From the NCBI GenBank assembly GCA_036258795.1, contig DATACZ010000026.1:12552-76551 (forward strand): DNA of 64,000 nucleotides. Reading direction: 5' to 3'. The position numbers were made by a program, and so were the translations under genes. The notes below the pieces were generated by a model that saw only the letters and a list, made by a program, of their open reading frames with translations, ran no database searches and was not told the DNA's origin. Positions 40,395-50,398 of the stretch are shown here, in pieces. The stretch's first letter is position 1; every line of letters starts with the position of its first letter. This DNA is from Actinomycetota bacterium (GTDB lineage: Bacteria > Actinomycetota > CADDZG01 > JAHWKV01).

Positions 40395-41456
40395 ATGGAA
40401 ACGGTCCGGCTCACCCAGTACTCGCACGGCGCCGGCTGAGCTTGCAAGCTCGGCCCCGGGGACCTGGCGCAGGTCGTGCGCCGCTTAGCCAAGAAACAAG
40501 GGAGCCTGGAGCCCAACGTGCTGTTGGGCCTGGACACCCCCGACGACGCTGCCGTGTACCGGATCGACGACCGCACTGCGCTGGTGCAGACGGTCGACTT
40601 CTTCACCCCCATCGTCGACGACGCCTACTCATGGGGAGCCATTGCCGTAGCCAACGCCATGAGTGACATCTACGCCATGGGCGGCAAGCCCCTGCTCGGC
40701 CTCAACCTGGTCGGGTGGCCCAAGGAGCTGGATCTCGATCTCTTGGGCAGCGTTCTGGAAGGCGGGGCCGATAAGGCTGCCGAGGCCGGGGCGGCGGTGA
40801 TTGGAGGGCATACCGTCGACGATCCCGAGCCGAAGTTCGGGATGGCGGTTACGGGGACCGTTGATCCGGACAAGATGACCAGATTGTCCAACGCACGCCC
40901 GGGCATGGGCGTGGTTCTCACCAAGCCCTTGGGAATGGGCATCATCTCCACGGCACTCAAGCGGGGCCAGGCCGACCCGGAGCTGGTGGCGGAGGCCACC
41001 CGCATCATGGCGGAGCTGAATGCGGGGGCAGCCCAAGCAATGCTCGAGGTTGGCGCTACGGCGGCTACCGATGTCACGGGTTTTGGCCTGATAGGCCACC
41101 TGCGTGGCATGGCTGCCGCGAGCGGATGCTCCGTTGAGCTATGGTCCGATGACGTTCCGGTCATTGAAGGGGTTCGAGATCTGGCGGAGCGCCAGCTCGT
41201 TCCCGGTGGAAGCCGTAACAACCAGCGCTACTTTGGCGGCTACGTGGACTTCGATTCCGAGGTGGACGACCTGACCAGGACGGTGCTTTTTGATGCCCAG
41301 ACGTCTGGGGGCTTGCTGATTGCGGTCCCGGACGACCGACTGCAGGACTTGCTGGAGGCGCTAGGAGCCAAGGGGACGTCTGTGCAGAAAGTGATAGGCC
41401 GCTTCTTGGAGGGGGAGGCCGGGCGGATGAGGGTGACATTGCGTGAACTCCGTTGA
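40395..41456 (+). CDS. selD: Selenide, water dikinase (selenophosphate synthetase), selenocysteine-containing form
   Basis: The table ORF (GTG 40476) is preceded in frame by 'M E T V R L T Q Y S H G A G U A C K L G P G D L A Q V V R R', with TGA ~40437-40439. 'GAG-U-ACK' is the conserved SelD active-site loop where Sec or Cys occurs. Downstream is the AIRS-like body. Confidence 0.85.
40440..40500 (+). promoter_or_regulatory. Putative bacterial SECIS hairpins downstream of the selD UGA
   Basis: GC-rich hairpins, e.g. GGCGCA-GGUCG-UGCGCC, lie 25-45 nt 3' of the UGA. Confidence 0.4.
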
Positions 41457-41501
41457 GTTGCCGGCTGAGTTCAGGGGGCATGTAGCCTTGGAGCCGCAAC
41501 C

Positions 41502-41924
41502 ATGAAGTTGGAGATTCCCGAGGACATATACGAGCGCATGGTGGCCCACTGCATCGGCGGCATGCCAAACGAGGCTTGCGGTTTTCTGGGCGGGCCTCCT
41601 GGAGTCGTTGAGCGAATTTACCCTCTTCCGAACGCCGCCTCCTCGCCGACTTACTACCGGCCTGGAGACCGGGAGATGATTGCGGCGATCAACGACATCG
41701 ACGAACGAGATCTGGAGCTGGTCGGCATTTTTCACTCTCATGTGGCCAGCGCCCCGTACCCATCGCCAACCGACCGGAGGGAGGCGCACTACCCGAACGC
41801 GGTGTACCTGATCGTCTCGCTCACCAACCTGGACGCGCCGGAAACCAAGGGCTATCTCATCCACAAGAAGGATTGGCGAGATGAGGACGGTGAGGTTGAA
41901 GAGGTAGAGCTGGTGATATGTTGA
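41502..41924 (+). CDS. mec: JAMM/MPN+ metalloprotease Mec (CysO-processing)
   Basis: 'HSHVASAPYPSPTD' JAMM motif. Directly upstream of cysO. Confidence 0.85.
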   Translation: MKLEIPEDIYERMVAHCIGGMPNEACGFLGGPPGVVERIYPLPNAASSPTYYRPGDREMIAAINDIDERDLELVGIFHSHVASAPYPSPTDRREAHYPNAVYLIVSLTNLDAPETKGYLIHKKDWRDEDGEVEEVELVIC

Positions 41925-41928
41925 CGTC

Positions 41929-42210
41929 ATGTCTGTAAAGGTCAACATCCCTTCGGTGCTGCGTAGCGCCGTCGGAGGATCGAAGTCGGTGGAGGGGCAG
42001 TCGGGACCCCTGCGTGAGCTCCTCGAAAACCTGGGTAACCAGTACCCTGAGCTCAGGGAACAGGTATTGGACGAGGATGGCCAGCTGCATAGGTTCGTCA
42101 ACATCTACGTCAACGACGAGGACGTCAGATACCTGGATGGCCTGGAGACCAAGGTGGCGGAAGGCGACGTTGTGGCCATCCTGCCGGCGGTCGCAGGCGG
42201 CGATACCTAG
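41929..42210 (+). CDS. cysO: MoaD/ThiS-family sulfur carrier protein CysO (C-terminus ...GG-DT)
   Basis: 93 aa, beta-grasp, ends 'AVAGGDT'. Confidence 0.8.
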   Translation: MSVKVNIPSVLRSAVGGSKSVEGQSGPLRELLENLGNQYPELREQVLDEDGQLHRFVNIYVNDEDVRYLDGLETKVAEGDVVAILPAVAGGDT

Positions 42211-42229
42211 CAATCTCATAACCTGAACA

Positions 42230-43162
42230 GTGCGCTTCGACGATATCTCGTCGCTGGTGGGAAACACCCCCCTCGTCGGGATTCAAAAGCTCTCGCCCAA
42301 CCCCAATGTGCGACTTTGGGCGAAACTGGAGGGTCAGAATCCGACCGGATCCCTGAAGGATCGTATTGCCCTCAAGATGATCGAGGAGGCCGAGGCCTCG
42401 GGGGAGCTCTCCGAGGACCGGGTTCTGTTAGAGCCCACCTCGGGAAACACAGGAATCTCACTGGCATTTCTGGCAAGGCGGCGGGGGTACCGGCTTGTTT
42501 GTGTGATGCCCGAGACCGCCTCCAAGGAGCGAACGCAGATGATTCAGCTCTTCGGCGGGGAAGTGGTGTACTCGCCGGGAAAGGAAGGCTCCAACGGAGC
42601 GATCACCATGGCTCAGCAGATGGTCGAGGAGGACTCCAAGTACCTGATGCTGTACCAGTACGGCAACGAGGCAAACCCCCGGGCCCACTACGACACCACC
42701 GGACCGGAGATCCTGCGCGATCTGCCGGAGGTAACGCACTTCGTTGCGGGGCTTGGGACGGGGGGCACCTTGACTGGGGTTGGAAGGTTCTTTGCGAAGA
42801 ACAAACCGGAGGTAAGGATCATCGCCGCCGAGCCGGAGCAGGGCGACCTCGTCTACGGTCTGCGCTCGCTGGATGAGGGCTTTATACCGCCGATCCTTGA
42901 TCAGTCGGTGCTGCACGGCAAGGTCAAGGTGAACGCAGAAGACTCCGTCGCCTGGACTCAGGCTCTCGCCAAGGAGGAGGGCATCTTTGCCGGCATCTCG
43001 GCCGGCGCAACGGTGTTTGTGGCGCGGCGGTATGCCCAACGTATGGACGCGGGCGACATCGTCTGCCTGTTTGCCGACGGAGGATGGAAGTATCTGTCAA
43101 CCGAGATCTGGACCACTCAGTTGGAGGAGGCGGCCGAGCGAGTGGAGTACATGCCATGGTGA
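42230..43162 (+). CDS. cysM: PLP-dependent cysteine synthase (CysM, O-phosphoserine/CysO-thiocarboxylate type)
   Basis: 'GNTPLVGIQKL...PTGSLKDRIA' PLP lysine motif. GTG start. Confidence 0.85.
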   Translation: MRFDDISSLVGNTPLVGIQKLSPNPNVRLWAKLEGQNPTGSLKDRIALKMIEEAEASGELSEDRVLLEPTSGNTGISLAFLARRRGYRLVCVMPETASKERTQMIQLFGGEVVYSPGKEGSNGAITMAQQMVEEDSKYLMLYQYGNEANPRAHYDTTGPEILRDLPEVTHFVAGLGTGGTLTGVGRFFAKNKPEVRIIAAEPEQGDLVYGLRSLDEGFIPPILDQSVLHGKVKVNAEDSVAWTQALAKEEGIFAGISAGATVFVARRYAQRMDAGDIVCLFADGGWKYLSTEIWTTQLEEAAERVEYMPW

Positions 43163-44034
43163 GCGAAGCCGGCGAGCAATTGAACTCCGCACCGGACTCC
43201 GGCGGAGACGAGCGCGGTGACGAACGGCCCATAGGCGTCTTCGACTCCGGCGTGGGAGGACTCACCGTCTTGGACGAGATGATCAAGCTTCTCCCGCAGG
43301 AGCACCTCATCTACTTCGGTGATACCGCTCGGTTTCCTTACGGCCCCCGGTCAATCGATGAGGTGTGGGAGTTTGCCCGCCAGATCATGGCTTTCATGGA
43401 GGACCAGGGGGTCAAGATGCTCGTTATAGCCTGCAACTCCATGACCGCCGCTTACGAAAGAAGCTCCTACGAGAGTCACCTGCCGGTGATCGGAGTCATC
43501 GAGCCCGCAGTTCGTGCTGCGACGAGAGCGACCCACAACCGAAAGATCGGCGTTCTGGGGACCAAAGCGACCATAACCAGCGGTGAGTACGAACGATGCT
43601 TGCAACGTACCCGGAGCAACGTGGAGATTCACCCTCAGATCTGCAGTGGCTTTGTGGAGCGCATCGAGGCCGGGGACACCTTCTCCCACGAGCTATTTGG
43701 GCTGGCCGAGGAGTACCTGGCGCCTCTACTGTCTTCAGGGGTCGACACTCTGATCCTAGGGTGCACGCACTACCCGCTGCTTCGTGGGGTTCTTCACTCC
43801 GTTACGAACGGGGAGGTTGAGCTCATCTCGTCTGCCGACGAGGTAGCCAAGGACGTCTACTCAAAGTTGGTTGAGCTGAACCTGCTCCGAAGGGTAAGAG
43901 AGCTCGGCACCAGGCGCTTCATAGTGTCGGGCGATCCCCAGCATTTCCGGAAGGTGGGGTCGCGCTTTTTGGCCGGACTGGATCAGGTGGAGCAGGCGCC
44001 CTGGCCGGTCCCTGAGGTCGTTCCCAGAGGGTGA
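43156..44034 (+). CDS. murI: Glutamate racemase
   Basis: 'IGVFDSGVGGLTVL' and 'LVIACNSMTA'. ATG 43156 overlaps the cysM stop (the table ORF starts earlier at 43084). Confidence 0.85.
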   Translation: MVSEAGEQLNSAPDSGGDERGDERPIGVFDSGVGGLTVLDEMIKLLPQEHLIYFGDTARFPYGPRSIDEVWEFARQIMAFMEDQGVKMLVIACNSMTAAYERSSYESHLPVIGVIEPAVRAATRATHNRKIGVLGTKATITSGEYERCLQRTRSNVEIHPQICSGFVERIEAGDTFSHELFGLAEEYLAPLLSSGVDTLILGCTHYPLLRGVLHSVTNGEVELISSADEVAKDVYSKLVELNLLRRVRELGTRRFIVSGDPQHFRKVGSRFLAGLDQVEQAPWPVPEVVPRG

Positions 44035-44792
44035 CAAACTTTGAGGTGATCGTCCTCGGTGCCAGCGGCACGTACCCAAGGCCCGACGGCGCCTGTAGCG
44101 GCTTCCTCCTGAGGTCCGGCCCTACACAGGTTTGGGTGGACGCGGGCCCGGGCACCTTCTCCAACCTTCAGAAGCACACGCCGTACAGCGAGCTACGAGC
44201 GCTCATCCTTTCCCATCTTCACATCGACCACATCACCGATCTCTATGCCTTTTACTACGCGCTTCGATACTCCTCCGAGAGCAAGGGGCCTACCGGCTTC
44301 GAGGTGTATGCGCCCGGTAAGGCAGAGGATCATCTGGACAAGCTCGTCTCCACCACGGGACCGGACGGCTTTGGGGGCTACTTCACCTTTCAGCCGATCA
44401 AGTCGGGGGATGAGCTGAAGATGGAGGCCTTCCTATTCCGCTTCCAGGAGACGGCACACCCGATCGAGACGATGGCCATGCGCGTTGAAGCAGGGAGGCG
44501 TAGCCTCGTTTACACGGCCGATACGGCACCAAGTGAGGCAGTGGTGGAGCTGGCCAGGGGGGTGGACGTTCTGATCGCTGAGGCGACAATGCAGTCTCCC
44601 GGCACTGCGAGCCGTCCCGTGCACATGACTGCCGAGGAGGCAGGCCAGATGGCCAGGGACGCCGGGGCCAAGAGGCTGGTGCTCACCCACATCGCTCCTA
44701 CTCTGGACCCCGCCGTAAGCGTTGAGCAGGCAAAGATTCACTTCGAGGGCGAGGTGGTTGCCGCCGAGGACCACATGCGTCTGGAGGTTTAG
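44031..44792 (+). CDS. MBL-fold metallo-hydrolase
   Basis: 'HLHIDHITD' metallo-beta-lactamase motif. Its position (murI - MBL - rph - rdgB) matches conserved actinobacterial synteny. Confidence 0.75.
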   Translation: MTNFEVIVLGASGTYPRPDGACSGFLLRSGPTQVWVDAGPGTFSNLQKHTPYSELRALILSHLHIDHITDLYAFYYALRYSSESKGPTGFEVYAPGKAEDHLDKLVSTTGPDGFGGYFTFQPIKSGDELKMEAFLFRFQETAHPIETMAMRVEAGRRSLVYTADTAPSEAVVELARGVDVLIAEATMQSPGTASRPVHMTAEEAGQMARDAGAKRLVLTHIAPTLDPAVSVEQAKIHFEGEVVAAEDHMRLEV

Positions 44793-44836
44793 TTGCGATC
44801 GCGAGGGAAGGCTATCGGGCCGCGGGGTGTAAGGAC

Positions 44837-45562
44837 TTGAAGAGGCAGGATGGCCGCCTGCCCGAGGAGCTACGCCCGATCAAGGTAACCAGGGGCTACG
44901 TCGACTTTGCTGAGGGATCGATCCTGTACGAGTGCGGGAAGACACGCGTGCTGGTAAACGCCAGCCTGGAGGAACGGGTTCCCGACTTCTTGAGGGGTAG
45001 CGGGAAGGGCTGGGTGACCGCCGAGTACTCGATGCTGCCAAGATCAACCCAGGAAAGAACGCCCCGTGAGGTTAGCAAGGGCAGGCTGGGCGGCCGGACT
45101 CACGAAATCCAAAGGTTGATTGGGCGAAGCCTGAGGGCGGTGTGCGACCTTAAAGCCATCGGCGAGCGGACCATCTGGCTGGACTGCGATGTGATTCAAG
45201 CAGACGGCGGAACCAGGACGGCCTCCATCTCGGCTGCCTATCTGGCGTTGGCGGATGCCTGTACCGCACTGAGGTCAGAGCAGCGCCTGTCTGGCAATCC
45301 CCTCCTCGATGAGATTGCGGCGGTCAGTGTGGGAATCATTGAAGGGATTCCCTGCCTCGATCTCGACTACCTCGAGGACTCGTCCGCCGAAGTGGACATG
45401 AACATCGTGATGACCGGTTCAGGACGGTTTGTGGAGCTTCAGGGAACGGCCGAGGGGGAGCCCTTCTCGGATCAGGATCTCGAGTCGATGCTCGAGCTTG
45501 GCCGCAAGGGCATCTCCCAAATAGTGGCGGTGCAGCGTGACTGTCTCGGAACCTCCGGCTGA
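44837..45562 (+). CDS. rph: Ribonuclease PH
   Basis: '[34 protein letters not shown]' is canonical RNase PH. Confidence 0.9.
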   Translation: MKRQDGRLPEELRPIKVTRGYVDFAEGSILYECGKTRVLVNASLEERVPDFLRGSGKGWVTAEYSMLPRSTQERTPREVSKGRLGGRTHEIQRLIGRSLRAVCDLKAIGERTIWLDCDVIQADGGTRTASISAAYLALADACTALRSEQRLSGNPLLDEIAAVSVGIIEGIPCLDLDYLEDSSAEVDMNIVMTGSGRFVELQGTAEGEPFSDQDLESMLELGRKGISQIVAVQRDCLGTSG

Positions 45563-45588
45563 GAGCCGGCCGCGGCTCGCGTCCCGAC

Positions 45589-46209
45589 GTGATGCTGGAG
45601 ATCGTGCTCGCAACCACCAATCCCGGAAAAGTGGCGGAGATCGAAGAGATCATGTCCGGTCTGCCAGTCCGGTTCCTCACCAGACAGGACCTAAGCAACT
45701 GGCCAGGCCCCATCGATGAGACCGGAAAGAGCTACCTCGAGAACGCGCTGATCAAGGCGCGTGCCTTTTCGCAGACTACCGGGAAAGCGGCCCTGGCTGA
45801 CGATTCGGGCATCGAAGTCGACGCACTCGACGGTGCGCCTGGGATTCGATCGGCGAGGTTCTCCGGCCCCGGCGCCACGGATGCCCAGAACAACTCGGCG
45901 CTTGCGGAGCTCATGCGCGAGGTTCCTGTGGACAGCAGGACTGCCCGTTACCGATGCGTGGCGGTGGTATTGACACCGGACGGTACCGAGATCACTGCCG
46001 AGGGGACCTGCGAGGGAACCATTGCGATGGAACCCGCGGGCACGGGAGGCTTTGGTTACGATCCGTGGTTCATCCCAGAGGGCTATGAGCAAACATTTGG
46101 AGAGCTCAGCGCGGAGGTGAAGCACGCCATCAGCCATCGGGGCAAGGCGCTAAGGCAACTCTCCGAGAAGTTGGAGGGTGCGGGCCTCGTGGCCGGAAAT
46201 CACCAATGA
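45589..46209 (+). CDS. rdgB: Non-canonical purine NTP pyrophosphatase (RdgB/HAM1)
   Basis: 'IVLATTNPGKVAEI', 206 aa. Confidence 0.9.
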   Translation: MMLEIVLATTNPGKVAEIEEIMSGLPVRFLTRQDLSNWPGPIDETGKSYLENALIKARAFSQTTGKAALADDSGIEVDALDGAPGIRSARFSGPGATDAQNNSALAELMREVPVDSRTARYRCVAVVLTPDGTEITAEGTCEGTIAMEPAGTGGFGYDPWFIPEGYEQTFGELSAEVKHAISHRGKALRQLSEKLEGAGLVAGNHQ

Positions 46210-46631
46210 TCGAGAGTGAGCGACCAACCCCCACGCCCTCCGTAGAGGAACCCCAGACGGTGACTGAACCTGTCCGGGTGGCCCCCGTGAAGCTGCTCAT
46301 TCGAGGACTGTTTGGCCGGTGCCCCATCTGTGGCGGAGGCTCTCTCTTTGCCCGGCGGTTCCAGATGAAATCTCGCTGCCCGAACTGCAATTACGACTTT
46401 GAGCGGGAGGAGGGATGGTGGATAGGTGCCATCATCATGAATACGGCGGCAGCGTTTGTGCTGTTCGCCCTCTACTTTCCGCTGAGTTTGATCCTCACGT
46501 GGCCCGACGTGCCATGGACGCTGCTCACTGTCATAGGCGTCCTGATAATGGGCATATTTCCGGTGATCTTCTATCCGATCTCGAAGACCCTCTGGCTGGC
46601 CGTCGACATCATTCTTCATCGATGGCGGTGA
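46206..46631 (+). CDS. DUF983 family membrane protein
   Basis: 'CPICGGGSLFARRFQMKSRCPNCNYDFEREEGWWIGAIIM' zinc ribbon plus TM helices. Confidence 0.7.
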   Translation: MIESERPTPTPSVEEPQTVTEPVRVAPVKLLIRGLFGRCPICGGGSLFARRFQMKSRCPNCNYDFEREEGWWIGAIIMNTAAAFVLFALYFPLSLILTWPDVPWTLLTVIGVLIMGIFPVIFYPISKTLWLAVDIILHRWR

Positions 46632-46637
46632 CTAAGA

Positions 46638-47252
46638 GTGACGAGCTCAGACGGAGGAATACCTGACAGTGATAGTTTTTCGGTCACGATGATTCTCGGG
46701 TCGCTTAAGGGGCGTCACAGCACCGGCCGCTTCGCTCGTACGGCGAAGATAATGCTGGCGGTGGCAGCTCTGGGGGCAACCACAGTGTCTGGCCCGGCGG
46801 CGGCGACGTCGCAATCCAGGATCCAATCCCAACAGGTACGGTCGGCCGCATCTTTCGCTGGCCCGACTGCTGTCGCTTGTGCCGCGGCTCCTATGTTCGC
46901 TGGCTTGGGTCCTTCCTGGTTGCCGGTTGTCTGCGCACCGGCTCCTGCCCCCGCTCCATGCCACCTGACCTCAACGTGCACGCCGCCACCGGCGACCCGT
47001 AAGGGCTGCAAATCGGCCGCTACTTCCTCCTCATCGGCGGGAGGCGCCTCTGCGATGTCCTCGGCCTGCTCTTCATCAGGCTCTGCAGCCTCAGTGGCAT
47101 GCACGCCGGCTGGATGCAGCTCCAGCTCCTCGGGTCGAGGAGGTTCTTGCTCGTCCGGGACGCATGCCGGGTGCCGGCCAAGCTCATCACGCGCCAGCGC
47201 GGCATGCTCTGTTTCGGGTACGAGTGCTTCCTGTTCTCTTACGTCCCGGTAG
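46638..47252 (+). CDS. Questionable ORF: Ser/Ala/Cys-rich low-complexity putative secreted protein
   Basis: A signal-like 'MLAVAALGATTVSGPAAA' then a Cys/Ser-rich sequence. Antisense ORFs of similar length exist, so coding status is uncertain. Confidence 0.25.
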   Translation: MTSSDGGIPDSDSFSVTMILGSLKGRHSTGRFARTAKIMLAVAALGATTVSGPAAATSQSRIQSQQVRSAASFAGPTAVACAAAPMFAGLGPSWLPVVCAPAPAPAPCHLTSTCTPPPATRKGCKSAATSSSSAGGASAMSSACSSSGSAASVACTPAGCSSSSSGRGGSCSSGTHAGCRPSSSRASAACSVSGTSASCSLTSR

Positions 47253-47303
47253 AAGTACCGGATTTCCAGAGGAGAAAGCCGGGGCGGTCCTTCAGCAGAG
47301 GGG

Positions 47304-47387
47304 TGCGGGCGAGAGGACTCGAACCTCCACGGGAGTCAATCCCACAGGATCCTAAATCCTGCGCGTCTACCATTTCGCCACGCCCGC
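47304..47387 (-). tRNA. tRNA-Leu (anticodon TAG)
   Basis: Reverse complement GCGGGCGTGGCGAAATGGTAGACGCGCAGGATTTAGGATCCTG-[long variable arm]-GGAGGTTCGAGTCCTCTCGCCCGCA. The GGTAGACGCG D-arm is typical of tRNA-Leu. Confidence 0.8.
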
Positions 47388-47506
47388 GCGATGTCGGTCT
47401 CAGAATAGCGGGGGCTGGCCACCCGGCGGCACAGTTGGGCGCAGCGACCTGCTGAAAGTTCTTATGGAGACCTTGGAAAGGTACGGGCTATGCCGACCCA
47501 GGGTTT

Positions 47507-47994
47507 CTAAGCCTGGCCGGTGTCCTGGCTCCAGAGGTAGTCGGGCGGAAGCTCTGCGTCGTCTCCCCACCTCGACATGTCCTCTGCATGAGTGATGGCA
47601 GCGCAAAGCTTGTCCGGAGTGAGCTGTACGCCTTCTAGGCTCTCGAGCCACTTTACGGTTCTTGGGTCCCGATCTGAAATCCCGAGGTCTTCAGCCCACT
47701 CCTTCACCGATATCGGGTCGGTCATCTTAGCCATCATCCGGTCACGATCTTGCTCGGTTCGGGTAGCCCGGACAGACTCCTGCGCTGCCCGGAACTTGCG
47801 GTCTAGCTGAAAGCTGTCAACGATACGAAGCTCTTGAGGTTCGGTCTTCAGCTGAATGGCCAGAGCGGCCCTGATCAGCTCCCTCGCCCTGGGCAGGGTA
47901 GTGGCCGAACAATGAACGCCCGGCTCCTCCGCGACCTGCGCTTTCCATGCTTCGCCGTCTCGCTCGTATACCGCGGTGTAGGTCTCGGTCACTT
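47507..47994 (-). CDS. HicB-like antitoxin-fold protein (UPF0150 N-domain + HTH-like C-terminus), apparently orphan
   Basis: 'TETYTAVYERDGEAWKAQVAEEPGVHCSATTLPRARELIRAALAIQ' matches the HicB N-domain. GTG start at 47992-47994 with GGGAGGAG 9 nt upstream. Confidence 0.5.
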
Positions 47995-48437
47995 TACTCA
48001 CTCCTCCCGGGCTTTCCGTAAGTTTCCCACGTTTCAGAAAGGACACAGGCAACCTGAAATTCAAGATCCCATTATCCGACTCCTGGAACATGATTGCCGC
48101 AGCGCCTTTTCTTGCGCACTGGCTGGCGGAAATTCCGTGGGCCCAGCTTTACACAATACGAACCTTTTCCACGCGGTCAAAGGTTTGACCTTCGGGTTAT
48201 GAGCCGCATGGTCGGGGGTTCGTGCCGTCCCAACGCGTCCCACGCAGTACCGCTCAGCAGGGCGTTCGCGCACTTGACGTCTCAGTCCGTACCACCGCCG
48301 ACCAGCCAGTAGCCGCCTGCGGTGTAGAAGAAGTGCAGAACCACCTCGCCTCGTGCTGCTACGTTCGCATCGCAGCTACCTGACCAGCGCCGCTCGGAAG
48401 TTCTAGACGATCCGCTCGCTTCCGGCTCCTCGCGATC

Positions 48438-49043
48438 TCACCCGGACTGCGCGAGTGGTGGGTGTTCCAGCACGCTGGGCCGGTACTCGACCAGTTGGAT
48501 GCGGCCATCGAAGGTGCGGCTGTCGATCATGTCGAGTGCGACGTCAGGGTAGCCGTCGTAGATGCGTTCGGCTCCCGTGGCGCCGGTGATCACCGGGAAC
48601 ATGACGACCCGGAAGCGGTCGACGAGGCCGGCTCGCAGCAGCGACCGGCTTAGGCTGATGCTGCCGATCGTGCTGATGAGACCGGAGCCATCCTCCTTCA
48701 TTACGCGGACCGCTTCGACGGCGTCGTCGCGCACGAGTGTGGTGTTGGCCCAGGCGAGGGGCTCCTTGAGCGAGGCGGAGAACACCACCTTCGACGCTCG
48801 CGTGAGTTCGTCGACGGACGACTCCTCGTCGGCAGTGAACTCATCTGTTCCCTCTGGGAGCTCGCCAGCGGCAAAGCCCGACATCAGCCGGTAGGTGTTG
48901 GCTCCCATCACGTAGGTGACCTCGGGTTGCTCGCCGAGCCAGGCGAGGTACTCGGGCCCCTCGAGCCCCCACCAGCCGGGCCAGCCTTCCGCCGACGCGT
49001 AGCCGTCGAGGGAGGTGATGAAGTCGACCATCAGTTCTCGCAT
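48438..49043 (-). CDS. Dihydrofolate reductase family protein (RibD C-terminal/YwjB-like)
   Basis: 'MRELMVDFITSLDGYASAEG...VVFSASLKEP...GSGLISTIGSISLSRSLLRAGLVDRFRVVMFPVITG' matches this family. Confidence 0.75.
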   Translation of the reverse strand: MRELMVDFITSLDGYASAEGWPGWWGLEGPEYLAWLGEQPEVTYVMGANTYRLMSGFAAGELPEGTDEFTADEESSVDELTRASKVVFSASLKEPLAWANTTLVRDDAVEAVRVMKEDGSGLISTIGSISLSRSLLRAGLVDRFRVVMFPVITGATGAERIYDGYPDVALDMIDSRTFDGRIQLVEYRPSVLEHPPLAQSG

Positions 49044-49590
49044 CGTGGTCCTCCTGGAACGACGGAACGGTTGTCACGCAATGTGTGCCGGTGTGTCCTT
49101 GCCGTTCCCGAAATCATCGCATTGATCTGCGGCGACGTTGAGTCGGCGCCGAGGAGGCCAGGCTCGGGGGTTAACCAGCGCGGCGCTTCTTTGTCACGGG
49201 CCGCGGCGCGGGCTCACGCAGCCGCCCGAGCGAGTCTGTCATGGCGAGGCTGGTTCCGGCAGTTGGGCTGCCTGACCACCTTCGTGGTCGGTGGCCGGCC
49301 CGGCAAGAACTTCGCGTGGACTTTCCGAAGGTAAGCAAGCGCGGCCTTCTGAGGACCCGACCGACAAGCGGGCGGATCCGGGCCCCCACAGCCATTGCTC
49401 CCAAGTCGTGGCGCTAAGAAACAAAGACTGGGCGGGCCAACCTCCTGTCGTGCTGTCCGACAAGGCGCAATCTAAAGCAACAAGTTAGAGGTCGCCCCCA
49501 AATAGGTCCTCGTGTGACCCATGTTCGGTCGCCTGTCAGTCGCGGCTGGCATCCTGAATCAGTACGAAGCACGAGAGATAGAAGCAGAAC

Positions 49591-49839
49591 GTGATCACAC
49601 CGGAGATTACAGCACTCGCAACGCAACTCGCCGAGGCGATCACACGCAACGCCGCTAGTGCCGTAGCGAGCAAGGTGAGCGCCATCCGGGCTCGTAAGGT
49701 TGATCAGGCGACTATGAATGAGTTGATCGAGCTCGTGAACGACTTGATCGCCGACAAGAACGAACTCGTCGGCCTTGCTCAGGCATTTGAGCAAGAACTG
49801 GTTGCGCAGCAGATCTCGGAAAAGGACAGAGTCTGGTGA
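49591..49839 (+). CDS. Small hypothetical helical protein
   Basis: 82-aa ORF in a region of lower coding density. No motif. Confidence 0.3.
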   Translation: MITPEITALATQLAEAITRNAASAVASKVSAIRARKVDQATMNELIELVNDLIADKNELVGLAQAFEQELVAQQISEKDRVW

Positions 49840-50317
49840 CCGTCGAGGCCTTGACCATCATGCAGTTGGTCGGCTTCAACTTCCGACGAGCATCGGTGAA
49901 CCGTTGACCACCCTGGTCGAGCGATTGATCTTGAGCAGGATGCCTGCACCAGATCAGTCCGCTGCGCAACAGGCACTGCAACTTCGTCGGGAGGCGGCCT
50001 ACCTCGAAGCGTCGACCGACCCGGAAGCCAGACAACTGCTTCAGCAGGGCTGATTCAGCAGCGAAAGGCCCCACTGTGGCCTGTTCATCCTGGGTCGGCG
50101 CTCAGTTGACCACGAGGTAGCCTACGTCTCGCTCGGCGACGGGTACATGGTCCGAGACCATGGACCTTGAAGGGTCTTCTCCAGAGCCTGGTAGCGGACG
50201 TACGGGTTGGCGGACGACACTCCATAACGCCGCGTTTTCGAGTTCCAATGGGATCTGACGCGCACCAACCTTCAAACACCAACAACGAGGGACGGGTTCA
50301 TACACCGTCATGATCGG

Positions 50318-50389
50318 TGGGCCCCCAGGGATTCGAACCCTGAACCTATCGGTTAAGAGCCGAGTGCTCTGCCATTGAGCTAGAGGCCC
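50318..50389 (-). tRNA. tRNA-Lys (anticodon CTT)
   Basis: Reverse complement GGGCCTCTAGCTCAATGGCAGAGCACTCGGCTCTTAACCGATAGGTTCAGGGTTCGAATCCCTGGGGGCCCA. Cloverleaf with a CTCTTAA anticodon loop. Confidence 0.8.
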
Positions 50390-50398
50390 ACGATGAGT

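Noticed and set aside
40476-41456. Using the table's GTG start for selD
   Set aside because: It would remove the conserved N-terminal glycine-rich active-site loop that is present in frame upstream with a UGA at the Sec/Cys position. The extended selenoprotein form is preferred.
46715-47104. Acidic 129-aa minus-strand ORF antisense to the Ser/Cys-rich ORF
   Set aside because: Low complexity (poly-Ala/Gly/Glu), no homolog recognised. Cannot distinguish it from chance in GC-rich DNA. Left unannotated.
48061-48273. Candidate HicA toxin ORF upstream of the HicB-like gene
   Set aside because: The 70-aa minus-strand ORF lacks the HicA GSH(x)nH motif and a dsRBD-like profile. Only weak resemblance ('VKPLTAWKRFVL'). 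Treated as spurious or degraded.
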